Made by a program: the position numbers and the translations under genes
Shown here: in pieces, positions 20,803-31,149 of the stretch
How the letters are laid out: the number at the start of each line of letters is the position of its first letter
Position numbering within the stretch: the stretch's first letter is position 1
Assembly: GCA_046116545.1 (NCBI GenBank)
Contig: CP175956.1
Coordinates: 321,734-385,733 of the forward strand
Source of the DNA: Candidatus Moraniibacteriota bacterium
GTDB lineage: Bacteria > Patescibacteriota > Minisyncoccia > Moranbacterales > GCA-2747515
Direction: 5' to 3'
DNA length: 64,000 nt
The notes under the pieces: generated by a model
Told to the model about the DNA's origin: nothing
Seen by the model: the letters and a program-made list of their open reading frames with translations, nothing else
Database searches by the model: none

Positions 20803-22608
20803 ATGATTACAAAATATCACAAATTAATAATAGTTTTTATAATACTATTCATGGCAATTGTATCTTTTTCTTTAGCTTGGACTGATTCGCTCACATTTGA
20901 TGAAGTGGCTCATATACCTGCTGGTTATAGCTACGCAGCGAAACATGACTATCGGCTAAATCCAGAGCATCCACCCCTACTTAAAGCCCTCTCAGGCATT
21001 GCTATATTACCTCTACAGCCAAACTTTGACTGGAGTGCTGACTTTTGGACAACCGCTAATAACTATGGTGAATACGGACAATGGGCTGCTGGTAGGCATT
21101 TGCTACATCAAGCAAATAATAATGTTGATTTAATTGTATTTTGGGCACGAGTCCCAGTGGTTATAATATCAATTTTATTTGGATTATTCTTGTTCATGTG
21201 GGGCAAAAAACTTGGAGGTATTATAACTGGATTATTTGCATTCATCTTATATGCATTTGATCCAAATATTTTAGGCCACAATCATTTTGTAACAACTGAC
21301 ATAGCAATTGCTGCTGCTATTGGTGTTGCCTTTTATTTCTTTTTACAATTTATCAAAAAGCCAACTTGGACAAATGCACTATTTGGCGGACTTGCTTTAG
21401 GACTTGCACAAGTTACAAAGTTTTCTGCAATTATCCTACTACCACTTTTTGCACTTATCTTAATTACATATCCCATAATCAAGTATTACAAAAGAGATGA
21501 GAGTAGGTGGAAAACTCTTGGACTTTATTTGACAAAAGGCATCTTCTCAATTGTTATTATGTTTTTTACTGTATGGCTTGTTTACTTACCAGTATCCTAC
21601 AAAATGCCACCCGATGTCCTACCTCCCATAACCGAGATAAAAAGCCAACCAGAAAAATATGCTCGTGATAAATACCTTACAAATTTCATCTACGCAGCTA
21701 ATAATTATACAATTACTCGCCCACTAGCAGCATACACGCAGGGACTCATGCAAGTACTTAGTCGTGTAAATGATGGTAACGTTACATTTTTCCTTGGGAA
21801 TGTGTCATCTGAAGCATCAACAATATATTTTCCATTCGTATTCATAGCAAAACAAACTCTTCTACATTTATTTTTTTACTGCATTGCACTTACGCTTATA
21901 GCAATTACATTTGTACGTGGTGGATTTAACTTATTCACTCAAAAGCTACAAACATCACTTATACAATTTCGTAAATTCATATTGAATAGATTCCATGAAA
22001 TCGTCTTAGGTATATTTATATTATTTTATAGTTACTTATCGATAACTGGAAACCTTAATATAGGATTCAGACATTTATTCCCAATGATGCCACTCATATA
22101 TATCCTCACAGCAAAGATAATCATTGATTCTTATAAAAACTTACGAAATCCTATTAGAAAAAATATAATAAGAAATATATTTATAGCTCTCATAATTACA
22201 TTAATTGCTACAGTAATAAGTGTATACCCTTATTATATGTCCTATTTTAATGTACTCTTTGGAGGGCCTACTAATGGCTGGCATTATGTAACTGACTCAA
22301 ATGCTGACTGGGGTCAAGATCTAAAACGACTAAAAATATATCTAGATAATCATCCTGAGATAGACAAGGTTCGTATAAGTTATTTTGGAGGAGACGATAT
22401 ACATAACCGATTAGGTGAAGATAAATACATATTATGGTGGGATAGTAAAAGACCTATAGAACCCGGTTACTATGCGCTCTCGACTTTTTTCATACAAGAA
22501 TCCATATATGACAAAAATAAATCTTATGATGATAGCTACCGATGGTTAGCAGATTACGAACCTATAGATCAAGTGGGTACATCATTTTTAATTTATAAGA
22601 TTGACTAA
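20803..22608 (+). CDS. GT-C fold glycosyltransferase (GT39/ArnT-PMT-like)
   Basis: SLTFDEVAHIPAG, NPEHPPLLK, VTTD, DSNADWGQDL; multi-pass membrane protein. Confidence 0.87.
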   Translation: MITKYHKLIIVFIILFMAIVSFSLAWTDSLTFDEVAHIPAGYSYAAKHDYRLNPEHPPLLKALSGIAILPLQPNFDWSADFWTTANNYGEYGQWAAGRHLLHQANNNVDLIVFWARVPVVIISILFGLFLFMWGKKLGGIITGLFAFILYAFDPNILGHNHFVTTDIAIAAAIGVAFYFFLQFIKKPTWTNALFGGLALGLAQVTKFSAIILLPLFALILITYPIIKYYKRDESRWKTLGLYLTKGIFSIVIMFFTVWLVYLPVSYKMPPDVLPPITEIKSQPEKYARDKYLTNFIYAANNYTITRPLAAYTQGLMQVLSRVNDGNVTFFLGNVSSEASTIYFPFVFIAKQTLLHLFFYCIALTLIAITFVRGGFNLFTQKLQTSLIQFRKFILNRFHEIVLGIFILFYSYLSITGNLNIGFRHLFPMMPLIYILTAKIIIDSYKNLRNPIRKNIIRNIFIALIITLIATVISVYPYYMSYFNVLFGGPTNGWHYVTDSNADWGQDLKRLKIYLDNHPEIDKVRISYFGGDDIHNRLGEDKYILWWDSKRPIEPGYYALSTFFIQESIYDKNKSYDDSYRWLADYEPIDQVGTSFLIYKID

Positions 22609-22647
22609 AAAAATCCTACCGTATCTTTAAAAGTACGGTAGGGGGTT

Positions 22648-22956
22648 TTATTTGCACATGTATTTATATTTGTTTGCAAATTTTTTAATTACACTTATCA
22701 CAATATCTTTTTGCGATGTATATATCCTTATCTCTTGAATACTTGCACTTCCCCGTATTTTTAATAATAATCCACTTTCCATTTCCATTATTTTGATAGA
22801 ATGTTTACCGCTTTTTATTCCGTGTTTTATAAATCCTACTGATATTTTATTCACACTGTCCTCTCTGCTCAAAAAATCAACAACTCTTTCTGCTGCTGGT
22901 ATAACCGTTGTATGACTTCCTATCATTTTTCCACCTTGTCTATGACCTTTTGACAT
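22648..22956 (-). CDS. DUF2103-like small protein
   Basis: GGKMIGSHTTVI...KISVGFI...LKIRGSASIQEIRIYT. Confidence 0.7.
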   Translation of the reverse strand: MSKGHRQGGKMIGSHTTVIPAAERVVDFLSREDSVNKISVGFIKHGIKSGKHSIKIMEMESGLLLKIRGSASIQEIRIYTSQKDIVISVIKKFANKYKYMCK

Positions 22957-22988
22957 AATTCTAGTATGTTAATGAGTATTCTTTAAAC

Positions 22989-23933
22989 TTATTCATTACT
23001 TTCATCAGTATCTTTTTGCTCTTCATCGTTCTCAGATTCTTTATCCAAATTCTCCTCAGGTTGCTCAACACCATCTTTCATTTTATAAAAAATCTTTTCT
23101 GGGAATCTCATATCTATATATTCTAAATCATTTCTACTACTCGGTAATTCTACTTTTTTTATAAATAATTTTGCAATGTTCAATATCTCCTCTGTATCAT
23201 GTGTTACATCCACTACTATATACCAGTTTTCATCAGTATTAAATCGCACCTCATTTGAACCTCTTGATACTATCTTATATGGTGTCTCTATACCTACATT
23301 TATGTTATATATAAACTCCTTACCCAAAAAATCTATTTTATCTAACTCATTTTGATCTATAACATGACTACCAATTTCAATACTTTCGCCGCTCTCATCA
23401 ACTACTATGAAATAATTATTATTAATTAAAACTTCATCATTAAGGGGTATCTGTTTTAATGCGTTACCCCCATCAATCACAAAACATTCTCCACTAATAT
23501 CATGTAAACACCAAACTGCTATTACATCATGCTCTACTACATTTACACTAATTTTATTTGGAAATTGTTTTTTAACCTTAATGGATTTAATTCTTTTGTC
23601 TTTTAAAATATTTTCAATTATCTCCTTTTTATCAATGAAGAAGTAATTATCTTTAGAAATACAACCGGTAAGACTTCCAGTGATAAGATTTTTTATAGTA
23701 TCATTTATATCTTCACTGTTAATACGAGTATTGCCACTTATGCTTATTTCTGTAACTTTACTAAGTCCAGAACACAAAAACATATATGCTATACTCCCAA
23801 TAAAAATAGTAAGAATAAAAATAAACAACCATTGCTTCCAGGTACGTCTCTCTTCATCTTGTGTATTTTTTATACGTTTCTTAGGAATTTTCTTCCTACC
23901 ACGTACAATTTTACTATTACTCTTCTGCCTCAT
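22989..23933 (-). CDS. ftsQ: FtsQ/DivIB-type POTRA domain cell division protein
   Basis: Basic N-terminal tail, one TM, ISISGN...KKQFPNKISVNVVE POTRA, C-terminal YIDMRFPEKIFYK. Confidence 0.8.
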   Translation of the reverse strand: MRQKSNSKIVRGRKKIPKKRIKNTQDEERRTWKQWLFIFILTIFIGSIAYMFLCSGLSKVTEISISGNTRINSEDINDTIKNLITGSLTGCISKDNYFFIDKKEIIENILKDKRIKSIKVKKQFPNKISVNVVEHDVIAVWCLHDISGECFVIDGGNALKQIPLNDEVLINNNYFIVVDESGESIEIGSHVIDQNELDKIDFLGKEFIYNINVGIETPYKIVSRGSNEVRFNTDENWYIVVDVTHDTEEILNIAKLFIKKVELPSSRNDLEYIDMRFPEKIFYKMKDGVEQPEENLDKESENDEEQKDTDESNE

Positions 23934-23942
23934 TTCAATTTG

Positions 23943-24066
23943 TAGGACTTTCACACTTTAGTACAATGCGAGGCACGAATATATATTTTACATGAAACAT
24001 ATATGTATATGTTGTTGGAAAATATACATTCAGTAACGAAGTAGTGTGCAAAGTGCGAAAGTCCTA
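23943..24066. repeat. MITE-like element with 17-bp terminal inverted repeats
   Basis: TAGGACTTTCACACTTT (23943-23959) and AAAGTGCGAAAGTCCTA (24050-24066), 16/17 complementary. Confidence 0.55.
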
Positions 24067-24067
24067 T

Positions 24068-24934
24068 CTACATATTTATAAATAAATCTTCTAATATCAA
24101 TTTCTTATTTACATTTGTATTTTGCATTTTGTTCATAACATCCTCAACCTTATCCGAAAGCTTAAGTAAATTAAATTTTTTTGTTTTATGAGCAGCTGCC
24201 CAAATCCTATAAATCCAAATTTGAAAGAATATATTCAAATATTCATCATCTTTTTTTGATAACTCATCAGCCAATTTCATTCTTTCAGATATACTTGTCT
24301 GAAAAAATCCTTGCAGTGATTCTCTGGCGAATTCTACAATTTCCTTAAATTCCTCATCATTATCAATTCTACTCAAGAATCCAGGCCGTCCATTTATATC
24401 CTTCAAGAATTCATTATTTTCATATTTCGAGGTTAACTCAGCATCTCCAACTATATCAAATTGTAAATCAAAACATCTTGATTTAATCGTTGCAAGTAGT
24501 GCATCACTACTATTTGTAACAAGTATTATGAATCTTTTTTCTCTTGGTTCTTCTAAATTTTTTAGAAGTGCATTTTGAGCAGATGTTGTCATCCTATGTG
24601 CATCATTTATTATGAGTACCTTCGCATCCCCAATTGGAGCTGTTGCTGCCCATTTATTTGCTTCTTTTATAGCATCGATTGAGATATCTCTAATCACAAT
24701 CTTTTTCTTTTTTTCTACTCTTTCAGGTTCCACTACAAACACGTCTCCATTTATATTATTACTAATTGTCCATTTACTTGTAGAGCAAGCTAAGTTATCT
24801 GCAAATGTTTTTGCTATAGTAAACTTGCCAATGCTCTCGGGACCCCAAAAAATGAAGCTATTATGTATGCTTCTGTCATTTATTATCTTACTAAGAGTTT
24901 CTAGATTTTTTCTGTGTCCTATTATATTACTCAT
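24068..24934 (-). CDS. holB: DNA polymerase III delta' subunit
   Basis: NIIGH, FWGPESIGKFT, AHRMTTSAQNALLKNLEEP, TIKSRC. Confidence 0.9.
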   Translation of the reverse strand: MSNIIGHRKNLETLSKIINDRSIHNSFIFWGPESIGKFTIAKTFADNLACSTSKWTISNNINGDVFVVEPERVEKKKKIVIRDISIDAIKEANKWAATAPIGDAKVLIINDAHRMTTSAQNALLKNLEEPREKRFIILVTNSSDALLATIKSRCFDLQFDIVGDAELTSKYENNEFLKDINGRPGFLSRIDNDEEFKEIVEFARESLQGFFQTSISERMKLADELSKKDDEYLNIFFQIWIYRIWAAAHKTKKFNLLKLSDKVEDVMNKMQNTNVNKKLILEDLFINM

Positions 24935-26078
24935 TTTCAAATACTTTATTTACAGCGTTTATAATTCCTTTTTTAAAATTTTCTTTAGAATATTTATTTG
25001 CTGATTCAATAATTTCAGCTCTGTTATATTGGTTTTCTTTCTCTATAAATCTTCGCAAAGCATCTGCAAGCATTTCAACTGTTGGAGCCTCAAATAATTC
25101 TCCATTTTTACCGCTATGTATGATTTCTTTTGCACCACCCTTTCCCAATCCTATTACTGGAACACCTGCTCTCAATGCCTCTACACAAGTAATCCCAAAA
25201 TCGTCTTCCGATGGAAATATGAATGCTCTAGCACTTGCTAAATATTTTTTCTTCTGTTCTTCACTTACCCAACCAACCATATCAATAGTATCTCCTGCCA
25301 TCTTTTTTAACACCTTTTCTTCCCTGCCTTGGCCTATTACAGTTAATGGCAATTGTAATTTATTACATGCTTCAATTGCTAATGCTACATTTTTATATTC
25401 TGATAATCTTGATATTATCACAAACTTATCCCTTTTTACAACACTTTCAACATCTAGTTCAACAGCTGGATATACAACTTGAGCATCTCTACGATAATAT
25501 TTTTCAATTCGTTTTTGCGTATAAATAGAATTAGCGACTAATACATCAGGTCTCTGAGCCGCTTGATTATCCCATACACGTAAATAACTTAACAGTGCTC
25601 TTACACAAAAATTATTTTTTTTACCCATTCTTCTTTTTGCGTAATATTCATTTTCATCCCATACATATCTCATTGGCGAATGCACATAAGCAACATGCTT
25701 TGTATTTAGTCTTGTCACAATTCCTTTACTCCATGCCCCTGAGCTAGAGATAACCAAATCAAAATCTCTCAAATCAAAACTTTCAATGGCAGTTCCAAAA
25801 AAAGGTAATAACCACTTATGATTTTTTCTAAAAACTTTTGGCCACCTTTGCAAGAAACTTGTACATACTTTCTCACTATCAAAAAACTCTCCCATCACAC
25901 TTTTGTCATAAAGTAATGTAAAGATATGTGCATCTGGGTACAACTCACAGATATCACCAAGAACTTTCTCTGCTCCACCAGGATACAACAAGAAATCATG
26001 TACAATTGCTACTTTTAATTCTTTATTTCCCTGGTCTTGACTTTTTTGTATTTTTGTGCTATTATTATTGGAAGTCAT
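24927..26078 (-). CDS. Glycosyltransferase family 4
   Basis: VAIVHDFL..GGAEKV, HSPMRYVWD, EDDFGITCVEA. Confidence 0.9.
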   Translation of the reverse strand: MTSNNNSTKIQKSQDQGNKELKVAIVHDFLLYPGGAEKVLGDICELYPDAHIFTLLYDKSVMGEFFDSEKVCTSFLQRWPKVFRKNHKWLLPFFGTAIESFDLRDFDLVISSSGAWSKGIVTRLNTKHVAYVHSPMRYVWDENEYYAKRRMGKKNNFCVRALLSYLRVWDNQAAQRPDVLVANSIYTQKRIEKYYRRDAQVVYPAVELDVESVVKRDKFVIISRLSEYKNVALAIEACNKLQLPLTVIGQGREEKVLKKMAGDTIDMVGWVSEEQKKKYLASARAFIFPSEDDFGITCVEALRAGVPVIGLGKGGAKEIIHSGKNGELFEAPTVEMLADALRRFIEKENQYNRAEIIESANKYSKENFKKGIINAVNKVFENE

Positions 26079-26154
26079 AAAAATAAAATGATTTTGAATA
26101 TATAGTATATTCTATCATTTTTTACAGTTTTTTTACAACTACAAGGAGCGTAAG

Positions 26155-26409
26155 ATGAAAAAGAATTGGAATAGCTACATTGGAAAGGCTTTACCTAAAA
26201 GAAGACCTCTTGGGGAACTCTGGGATAATTTTACATCTACTGGCAAAATTTTTATTGTGATGTTTACATTTTTGATTATCACATCACCAGTTACCATTCA
26301 AGTCGGACAACTAGTTCATTACATAGTTGTTCATGGTGAAGAAATTGAAAGTTTTGAACCCTACACGATGGAGCAATATCGTAAAGATTTTACAAAATAT
26401 ACCGATTGA
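26155..26409 (+). CDS. Small hypothetical membrane protein
   Basis: AAGGAG upstream; one TM helix. Confidence 0.6.
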   Translation: MKKNWNSYIGKALPKRRPLGELWDNFTSTGKIFIVMFTFLIITSPVTIQVGQLVHYIVVHGEEIESFEPYTMEQYRKDFTKYTD

Positions 26410-26421
26410 GGAGGTTACTGT

Positions 26422-26877
26422 ATGGGATACTCAGAAAATAATTCCTGTTGTCGGGATGACTCCTCTGGAATGTTACCAGCTTTATTTTGGTGTTTTATTT
26501 TTTCAATAATTATGATTACTATTGTAAATATGGACCTCAATAATAAGAGTGTTCAGAACTTGGACTATTATCCAATGATTTCAACAATGAATGTTCACAG
26601 TCAAAATAGTGGACTCTGCTACAAAATTGTCACACACTTTAGTCATGCTGATATTACAAAATCACCCACATTGCTCACTAGAGCAAAATGTGATGATGCC
26701 TTATCATCTAAAGAACTAATCTGGAATTTTATTAATATTCCAGAGACAGGATCTGTTGCAGAACAATGCTTTGAAACAGTTATTGTACAGCAAGAAGTTT
26801 TTACTGGTCACGATGACTTAAAAATCGAAGTAACTGGGATGGCACAAATATCCTGTGCTGACTTGCCAAATGGTTAG
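26422..26877 (+). CDS. Hypothetical membrane-anchored Cys-containing protein
   Basis: GGAGG upstream; one TM helix; followed by a hairpin near 26890-26925. Confidence 0.65.
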   Translation: MGYSENNSCCRDDSSGMLPALFWCFIFSIIMITIVNMDLNNKSVQNLDYYPMISTMNVHSQNSGLCYKIVTHFSHADITKSPTLLTRAKCDDALSSKELIWNFINIPETGSVAEQCFETVIVQQEVFTGHDDLKIEVTGMAQISCADLPNG

Positions 26878-26958
26878 TCAAATTCCAAAAACCACCAACG
26901 AGATAATATTCTCGATGGTGGTTTTAATTTTTATAATAACTGCTACCCTACTAGATAC

Positions 26959-26984
26959 AGTGGACGGATATGTCCGTCCACTAC
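26959..26984 (-). repeat. GTAG-type REP palindrome
   Basis: Minus strand TGTAG-TGGACGGACATATCCGTCCA-CT, just after the stop codon of the GT4 gene. Confidence 0.55.
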
Positions 26985-26985
26985 A

Positions 26986-28089
26986 TTAAAATTTGATTAG
27001 CACCTTAGCAGTAAGTCTTGCACATTTATCCCAACTAAATCTTTCTATATTTTTAAACCCTCTGTCTATAATTTCAGACCGCATTGCATCATTTGTAACT
27101 AGTACATTTATTTTTTCTGCTATGTCTGATGCTAATGCTGGATTTACCAGTGCAGCACTATCACGTGCAATTTCTTTTAACGATGAATTACCACTTGTTA
27201 CAACTGGTACGCCAACTTGTTGTGCCTCCAATACAGGCAAACCAAATCCTTCGTAATTTGTAGGAAAAACAAATACAGATGCATTTCTTAGAAGTGCCCA
27301 TTTCTCATCACTAGGTACAAAACCTGTAATTATTATGTCATCCACAAAAGAATGTTCTTCTATTTCATTCTGAATTTTTTCCCATCCAAAACCACCCTTG
27401 CCTACCAAAACCAATTTTTGAGTTATCCCAAAATGCTTTCTCAAAATATCATAGGCATTCAGAATATTTGTAATATTTTTACGTTCTTCTAACCTTCCTA
27501 TAAATATAAGATATCCTTGTTTTCTCACGCCATACTTATTCAATATTTCAATGCTTTTTTGAACATTATCATTTGGTGCAGGATTCACTCCCTCATATAC
27601 AACTCTTATTTTTTCTTTTGCCACTCCGTATAACCTCATCAAATCTTTTTTGGTATTATTTGATACACAGATTATATTTTTTGACCATTTACAAGAATTC
27701 TTTATGCCCCTACGCATTGCCCTTTGCTCGTGTTTTGAATATGCTTCTGGAGTAATTTCATACTCTAATCCATGCACTACAACAACAGTGTCTTTTGGAT
27801 GAATTGGCGGTACAATATGGCCTGGAACAAGTAATTTATTTGGTCTACGAAAAAACATAGATATTGATAATCTGAAATAAGTCCAAAATCTCAATGCCCA
27901 TAATGAACGAACTTTCCAAGTCTCTGGCAAATCAAAGTCAATATTTTCTTTTGTCCCACTACGAATATATAAAACTACCTGATAGTTTTCAAGTGGTTTC
28001 CTCAAATGTTTTACAAGTTGATATGAATATTCTTCTATTCCAGTTCTCTCATGTAAAAATGCACGAGATGCATCAATGGCTATTTTCAT
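26986..28089 (-). CDS. Glycosyltransferase family 4 (mannosyltransferase-like)
   Basis: MKIAIDAS, TGIEEY, IGRLEERKN, YEGFGLPVLEA. Confidence 0.92.
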   Translation of the reverse strand: MKIAIDASRAFLHERTGIEEYSYQLVKHLRKPLENYQVVLYIRSGTKENIDFDLPETWKVRSLWALRFWTYFRLSISMFFRRPNKLLVPGHIVPPIHPKDTVVVVHGLEYEITPEAYSKHEQRAMRRGIKNSCKWSKNIICVSNNTKKDLMRLYGVAKEKIRVVYEGVNPAPNDNVQKSIEILNKYGVRKQGYLIFIGRLEERKNITNILNAYDILRKHFGITQKLVLVGKGGFGWEKIQNEIEEHSFVDDIIITGFVPSDEKWALLRNASVFVFPTNYEGFGLPVLEAQQVGVPVVTSGNSSLKEIARDSAALVNPALASDIAEKINVLVTNDAMRSEIIDRGFKNIERFSWDKCARLTAKVLIKF

Positions 28090-28093
28090 TTTG

Positions 28094-29104
28094 TTATTTT
28101 TTTGTTGCTAAAATTGTTTTTTTGTATATGTCTAGATTATCCAAAACCTTACCAGTTCCCCTTACAACACACCTAAGCGGATCATCTGCCACATAACATG
28201 GCACACCTATAGTCTTTGTTATCAACTGATCAAGATTTCTCAATAGTGCACCACCTCCAGACAACACAGTTCCCTTGTCCATTATATCAGCTGACAACTC
28301 TGGTGGAGTTTCTTGTAAAACTTTCTTTACTGCATTTATAACCTCCCGAAGCTCATCCTGCAATGCCTCTGTAACTTCATTTGATGTAATTATAATAGTT
28401 TTTGGCAATCCTCCCATCAAATCTCTACCTCGTATATCCATACTTTCTTCTTTTGTTTGAGCTATAGCACTTCCTATCTTTTTCTTTATATCCTCTGCCA
28501 TTTGCTCACCTATCGCTAAAGAATATTTTCTTTTAATATAATCTGCGATTGCTTGATCAAACTTATTTCCACCAACTCGTGCACTATGAGCGGACACTAC
28601 ACCTCCCAATGATATAACTGCTATTTCACTAGTACCTCCTCCAATATTTATTATCATATTTCCTTGAGCAGAGTGGATTTTAATTCCTGCCCCTATCATA
28701 GCAAGAATAGGTTCTTTTACTACATATGCTTTTTTTGCTCCAGCTTTCTCTGCAGCATCAACAACTGCCCTTCTTTCTGTTGATGTTATGCCTGCTGGAA
28801 TTGATATCATAACTTCTGGTCGTATTAAAAAGACTCTACCTGTTACTTTTCTTATAAAATATTTAAGCATTGCCTCTGTTACCCGGTAATCTGCTATCAC
28901 ACCATCCCTTAAAGGTTTGTAAGCTGTTATTGTATCGGGAGTTCGTCCAAGCATTTCTTTTGCTTCATTTCCTACTGCAAGAACCTTATTTTCAAGCATT
29001 GAAACTGCAACAACAGAAGGCTCATCCACTACCACACCGGTACCCGGCAAAAATACCAGCGTATTTGCTGTTCCTAAATCAATTCCAATTTTCTTAACAA
29101 ACAT
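28094..29104 (-). CDS. mreB: Rod shape-determining protein MreB
   Basis: IGIDLGTANT, EPSVVA, PLRDGVIADY, NIGGGTSE, LSGGGALL. Confidence 0.97.
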   Translation of the reverse strand: MFVKKIGIDLGTANTLVFLPGTGVVVDEPSVVAVSMLENKVLAVGNEAKEMLGRTPDTITAYKPLRDGVIADYRVTEAMLKYFIRKVTGRVFLIRPEVMISIPAGITSTERRAVVDAAEKAGAKKAYVVKEPILAMIGAGIKIHSAQGNMIINIGGGTSEIAVISLGGVVSAHSARVGGNKFDQAIADYIKRKYSLAIGEQMAEDIKKKIGSAIAQTKEESMDIRGRDLMGGLPKTIIITSNEVTEALQDELREVINAVKKVLQETPPELSADIMDKGTVLSGGGALLRNLDQLITKTIGVPCYVADDPLRCVVRGTGKVLDNLDIYKKTILATKK

Positions 29105-29230
29105 ACTCATACAGCTTTTATCAATCTTTAACTTGCAACCTTGCTTAAATAATAGACAAAAAAATCCTATTTGTAAACAAAATACCTTGTAATCCCTCAC
29201 ACACTCAAACAAGCCTCCAAAAAAAAGTGC

Positions 29231-29333
29231 GTCATTGCGAGGAGGTACGACGAAGCAATCTCTGTCAGATTATTTATAAACTTTTGAGATTGCTTCACAT
29301 AATACAGCAATCATTACTTCTGTTCGCAAAGAC
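29231..29333. repeat. REP-like doublet, GTCWTTGCGAG family
   Basis: GTCATTGCGAGGAGGTACGACGAAGCAATCTC...GAGATTGCTTC...TTCGCAAAGAC. Confidence 0.8.
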
Positions 29334-29375
29334 TGGTTGTGTGTTTTGTTTAGATCTGTGAGAGTTTGCAATAAC

Positions 29376-29403
29376 TTGACAATAGAAATTATAATGTTAT
29401 TAT
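29376..29403 (+). promoter_or_regulatory. Sigma70-type promoter
   Basis: TTGACA (29376-81), 16-nt spacer, TG-t-TATTAT (29395-403); the predicted start falls at about the leader ATG (29410). Confidence 0.7.
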
Positions 29404-29409
29404 CACATC

Positions 29410-29475
29410 ATGAATAATAGATTGATGGCAATTAAGCAAGGCAAGCGAATCGAATTTTTCGAGAGAAGTTTGTAG
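29410..29475 (+). CDS. Putative leader peptide MNNRLMAIKQGKRIEFFERSL
   Basis: 21-codon ORF at the predicted TSS; its last five codons form the anti-terminator arm. Confidence 0.55.
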   Translation: MNNRLMAIKQGKRIEFFERSL

Positions 29476-29535
29476 TGCTTTTGTTTCAATCAACAACCTT
29501 ACAATCTTCTCTTGAGAGAAGATTTTTTGTTTTTT
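29461..29535 (+). promoter_or_regulatory. Transcription attenuator (anti-terminator / terminator)
   Basis: Terminator AATCTTCTC-TTGA-GAGAAGATT plus T-tract (29503-29535); GAGAGAAGTTTGTAG (29461-75) can pair instead with TTACAATCTTCTCTT (29499-513). Confidence 0.7.
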
Positions 29536-29605
29536 AAAATATCTAATAGCATTGTAGAATATTATTTCTACAAATAGAATTTCACTTACACAATGGGGTT
29601 ACATC

Positions 29606-30187
29606 ATGAAAAATATCACGTTTATTTGTACAAAAAAAGCCTTTACTAAGTTAAATGGATGGGCAAAAGAAATTTCAAATGCTACATTTCATGAACCAAA
29701 TTTGCTTCACAAGACAGAAACTGAGCTTGTGACAATTGCTAATTCTGAGCGTGCAATTATCGCGCTTAATAAAGACAAACAAATAGTTGGATTTGTAGTA
29801 CTGTGGTCACTAGGCATAGATTCTATAGGCAATAATTGGAATGAGATTGGCACTGTGTACGTACCCAAACATTACAGAGGTCAGGGCATTGGTAGTAAAA
29901 TCATGAATTATGCATTTAAACGTTGGGATAATCATAAAATTATGTCCACATCAAAAAATGTAAAATTTATACACATTGCTTTGAAGTCCATGATTCCTGT
30001 TTCTTCTGAGAAAGAGATGTTATGTGTAGTCCCACTAACATGTATTTGTGATGAATCCGATGGAGTTGCTGATGCAGTTAATTGTCCATTTCGCAACGAT
30101 AAATGCGTCTTCTTGATTTCAATAGCAACATCACTTACTGTAAATCACATCATAAGAAAAGATTCTATTGTACAAGCTGCTATTTAG
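29606..30187 (+). CDS. GNAT family N-acetyltransferase
   Basis: EIGTVYVPKHYRGQGIGSKI acetyl-CoA motif A; C-terminal Cys cluster (CIC...CPFRNDKC). Confidence 0.85.
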   Translation: MKNITFICTKKAFTKLNGWAKEISNATFHEPNLLHKTETELVTIANSERAIIALNKDKQIVGFVVLWSLGIDSIGNNWNEIGTVYVPKHYRGQGIGSKIMNYAFKRWDNHKIMSTSKNVKFIHIALKSMIPVSSEKEMLCVVPLTCICDESDGVADAVNCPFRNDKCVFLISIATSLTVNHIIRKDSIVQAAI

Positions 30188-30255
30188 ATATACAAAAACA
30201 AAATGTGGTTGCCAATTAAAATTGGCAACCACATCTAACTACTTTTTTTAAAATT

Positions 30256-31140
30256 ATGAATATACAAAAAAAAGCTTCCAACATATATACTATTTCAAGC
30301 ACTCTTCCTGGAACAAGTATAATGATTCTCGGAGGAACTCATGGAAATGAATTAACTGGAATTATAGTTGTGCGCAAATTATTACAATTATTTTTAAATA
30401 AAAATATTATTTTAACACGTGGTTCTATCACTCTTGGATTTGGAAATGAAGAAGCTATTGCTCAAAATTCTAGGTGGACAAAATCTGGAAATAATTTAAA
30501 TAGATTTTTCACCAAAGAACAACTAAATAATACTGATTACTCCTACGAATCTTTACGTGCAAGAATTCTTGCCAACTTAATGCAAGAATCTGATATTCTG
30601 ATTGATTTACATTCAGTCAATATTCCATCAAAACCATTTTTAGCTTGTGAAAACACAATCAATCATCAAGAAATTACAAAATGGTTTACTGGTGCAACTG
30701 ATATAATAACTGATCCAGACTATATTTTGAGTGGTGGCCAATATTCAACAACTGATGAATATATGAACTCACTTGGCAAAATTGGAATTTGTTTTGAAAC
30801 AGGTTACTCAAAAGATACATCTTCAATTAAAACTGTACTGAAAAATATTTTATCAATTCTAAATGACCAAGGTCTTACAAAAAATAATACTGGACAAAGT
30901 CCAGTATTAAATAGAAATATTTATAAAATGCATTCACAGATAATCTTAACAGAAGCTGGTTTTGAATATATTGATAATTTTGCAGATGGTGAATTTGAAC
31001 CAGTCACAAAAAATCAAACAATAGGCTACGCAGGAAGTGCTCCCTACAAATCTCCAATTGATGGCATAGTACTTTTACAATCTCCACAAAATTTATGGAG
31101 ACTAAATGATGAGATAGGCTATATTGCTGAGAAAATATAA
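30256..31140 (+). CDS. Succinylglutamate desuccinylase/aspartoacylase family (M14-like) protein
   Basis: GGTHGNE, NLNRFF, IDLHS, FETG. Confidence 0.88.
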   Translation: MNIQKKASNIYTISSTLPGTSIMILGGTHGNELTGIIVVRKLLQLFLNKNIILTRGSITLGFGNEEAIAQNSRWTKSGNNLNRFFTKEQLNNTDYSYESLRARILANLMQESDILIDLHSVNIPSKPFLACENTINHQEITKWFTGATDIITDPDYILSGGQYSTTDEYMNSLGKIGICFETGYSKDTSSIKTVLKNILSILNDQGLTKNNTGQSPVLNRNIYKMHSQIILTEAGFEYIDNFADGEFEPVTKNQTIGYAGSAPYKSPIDGIVLLQSPQNLWRLNDEIGYIAEKI

Positions 31141-31149
31141 ATTATATTT

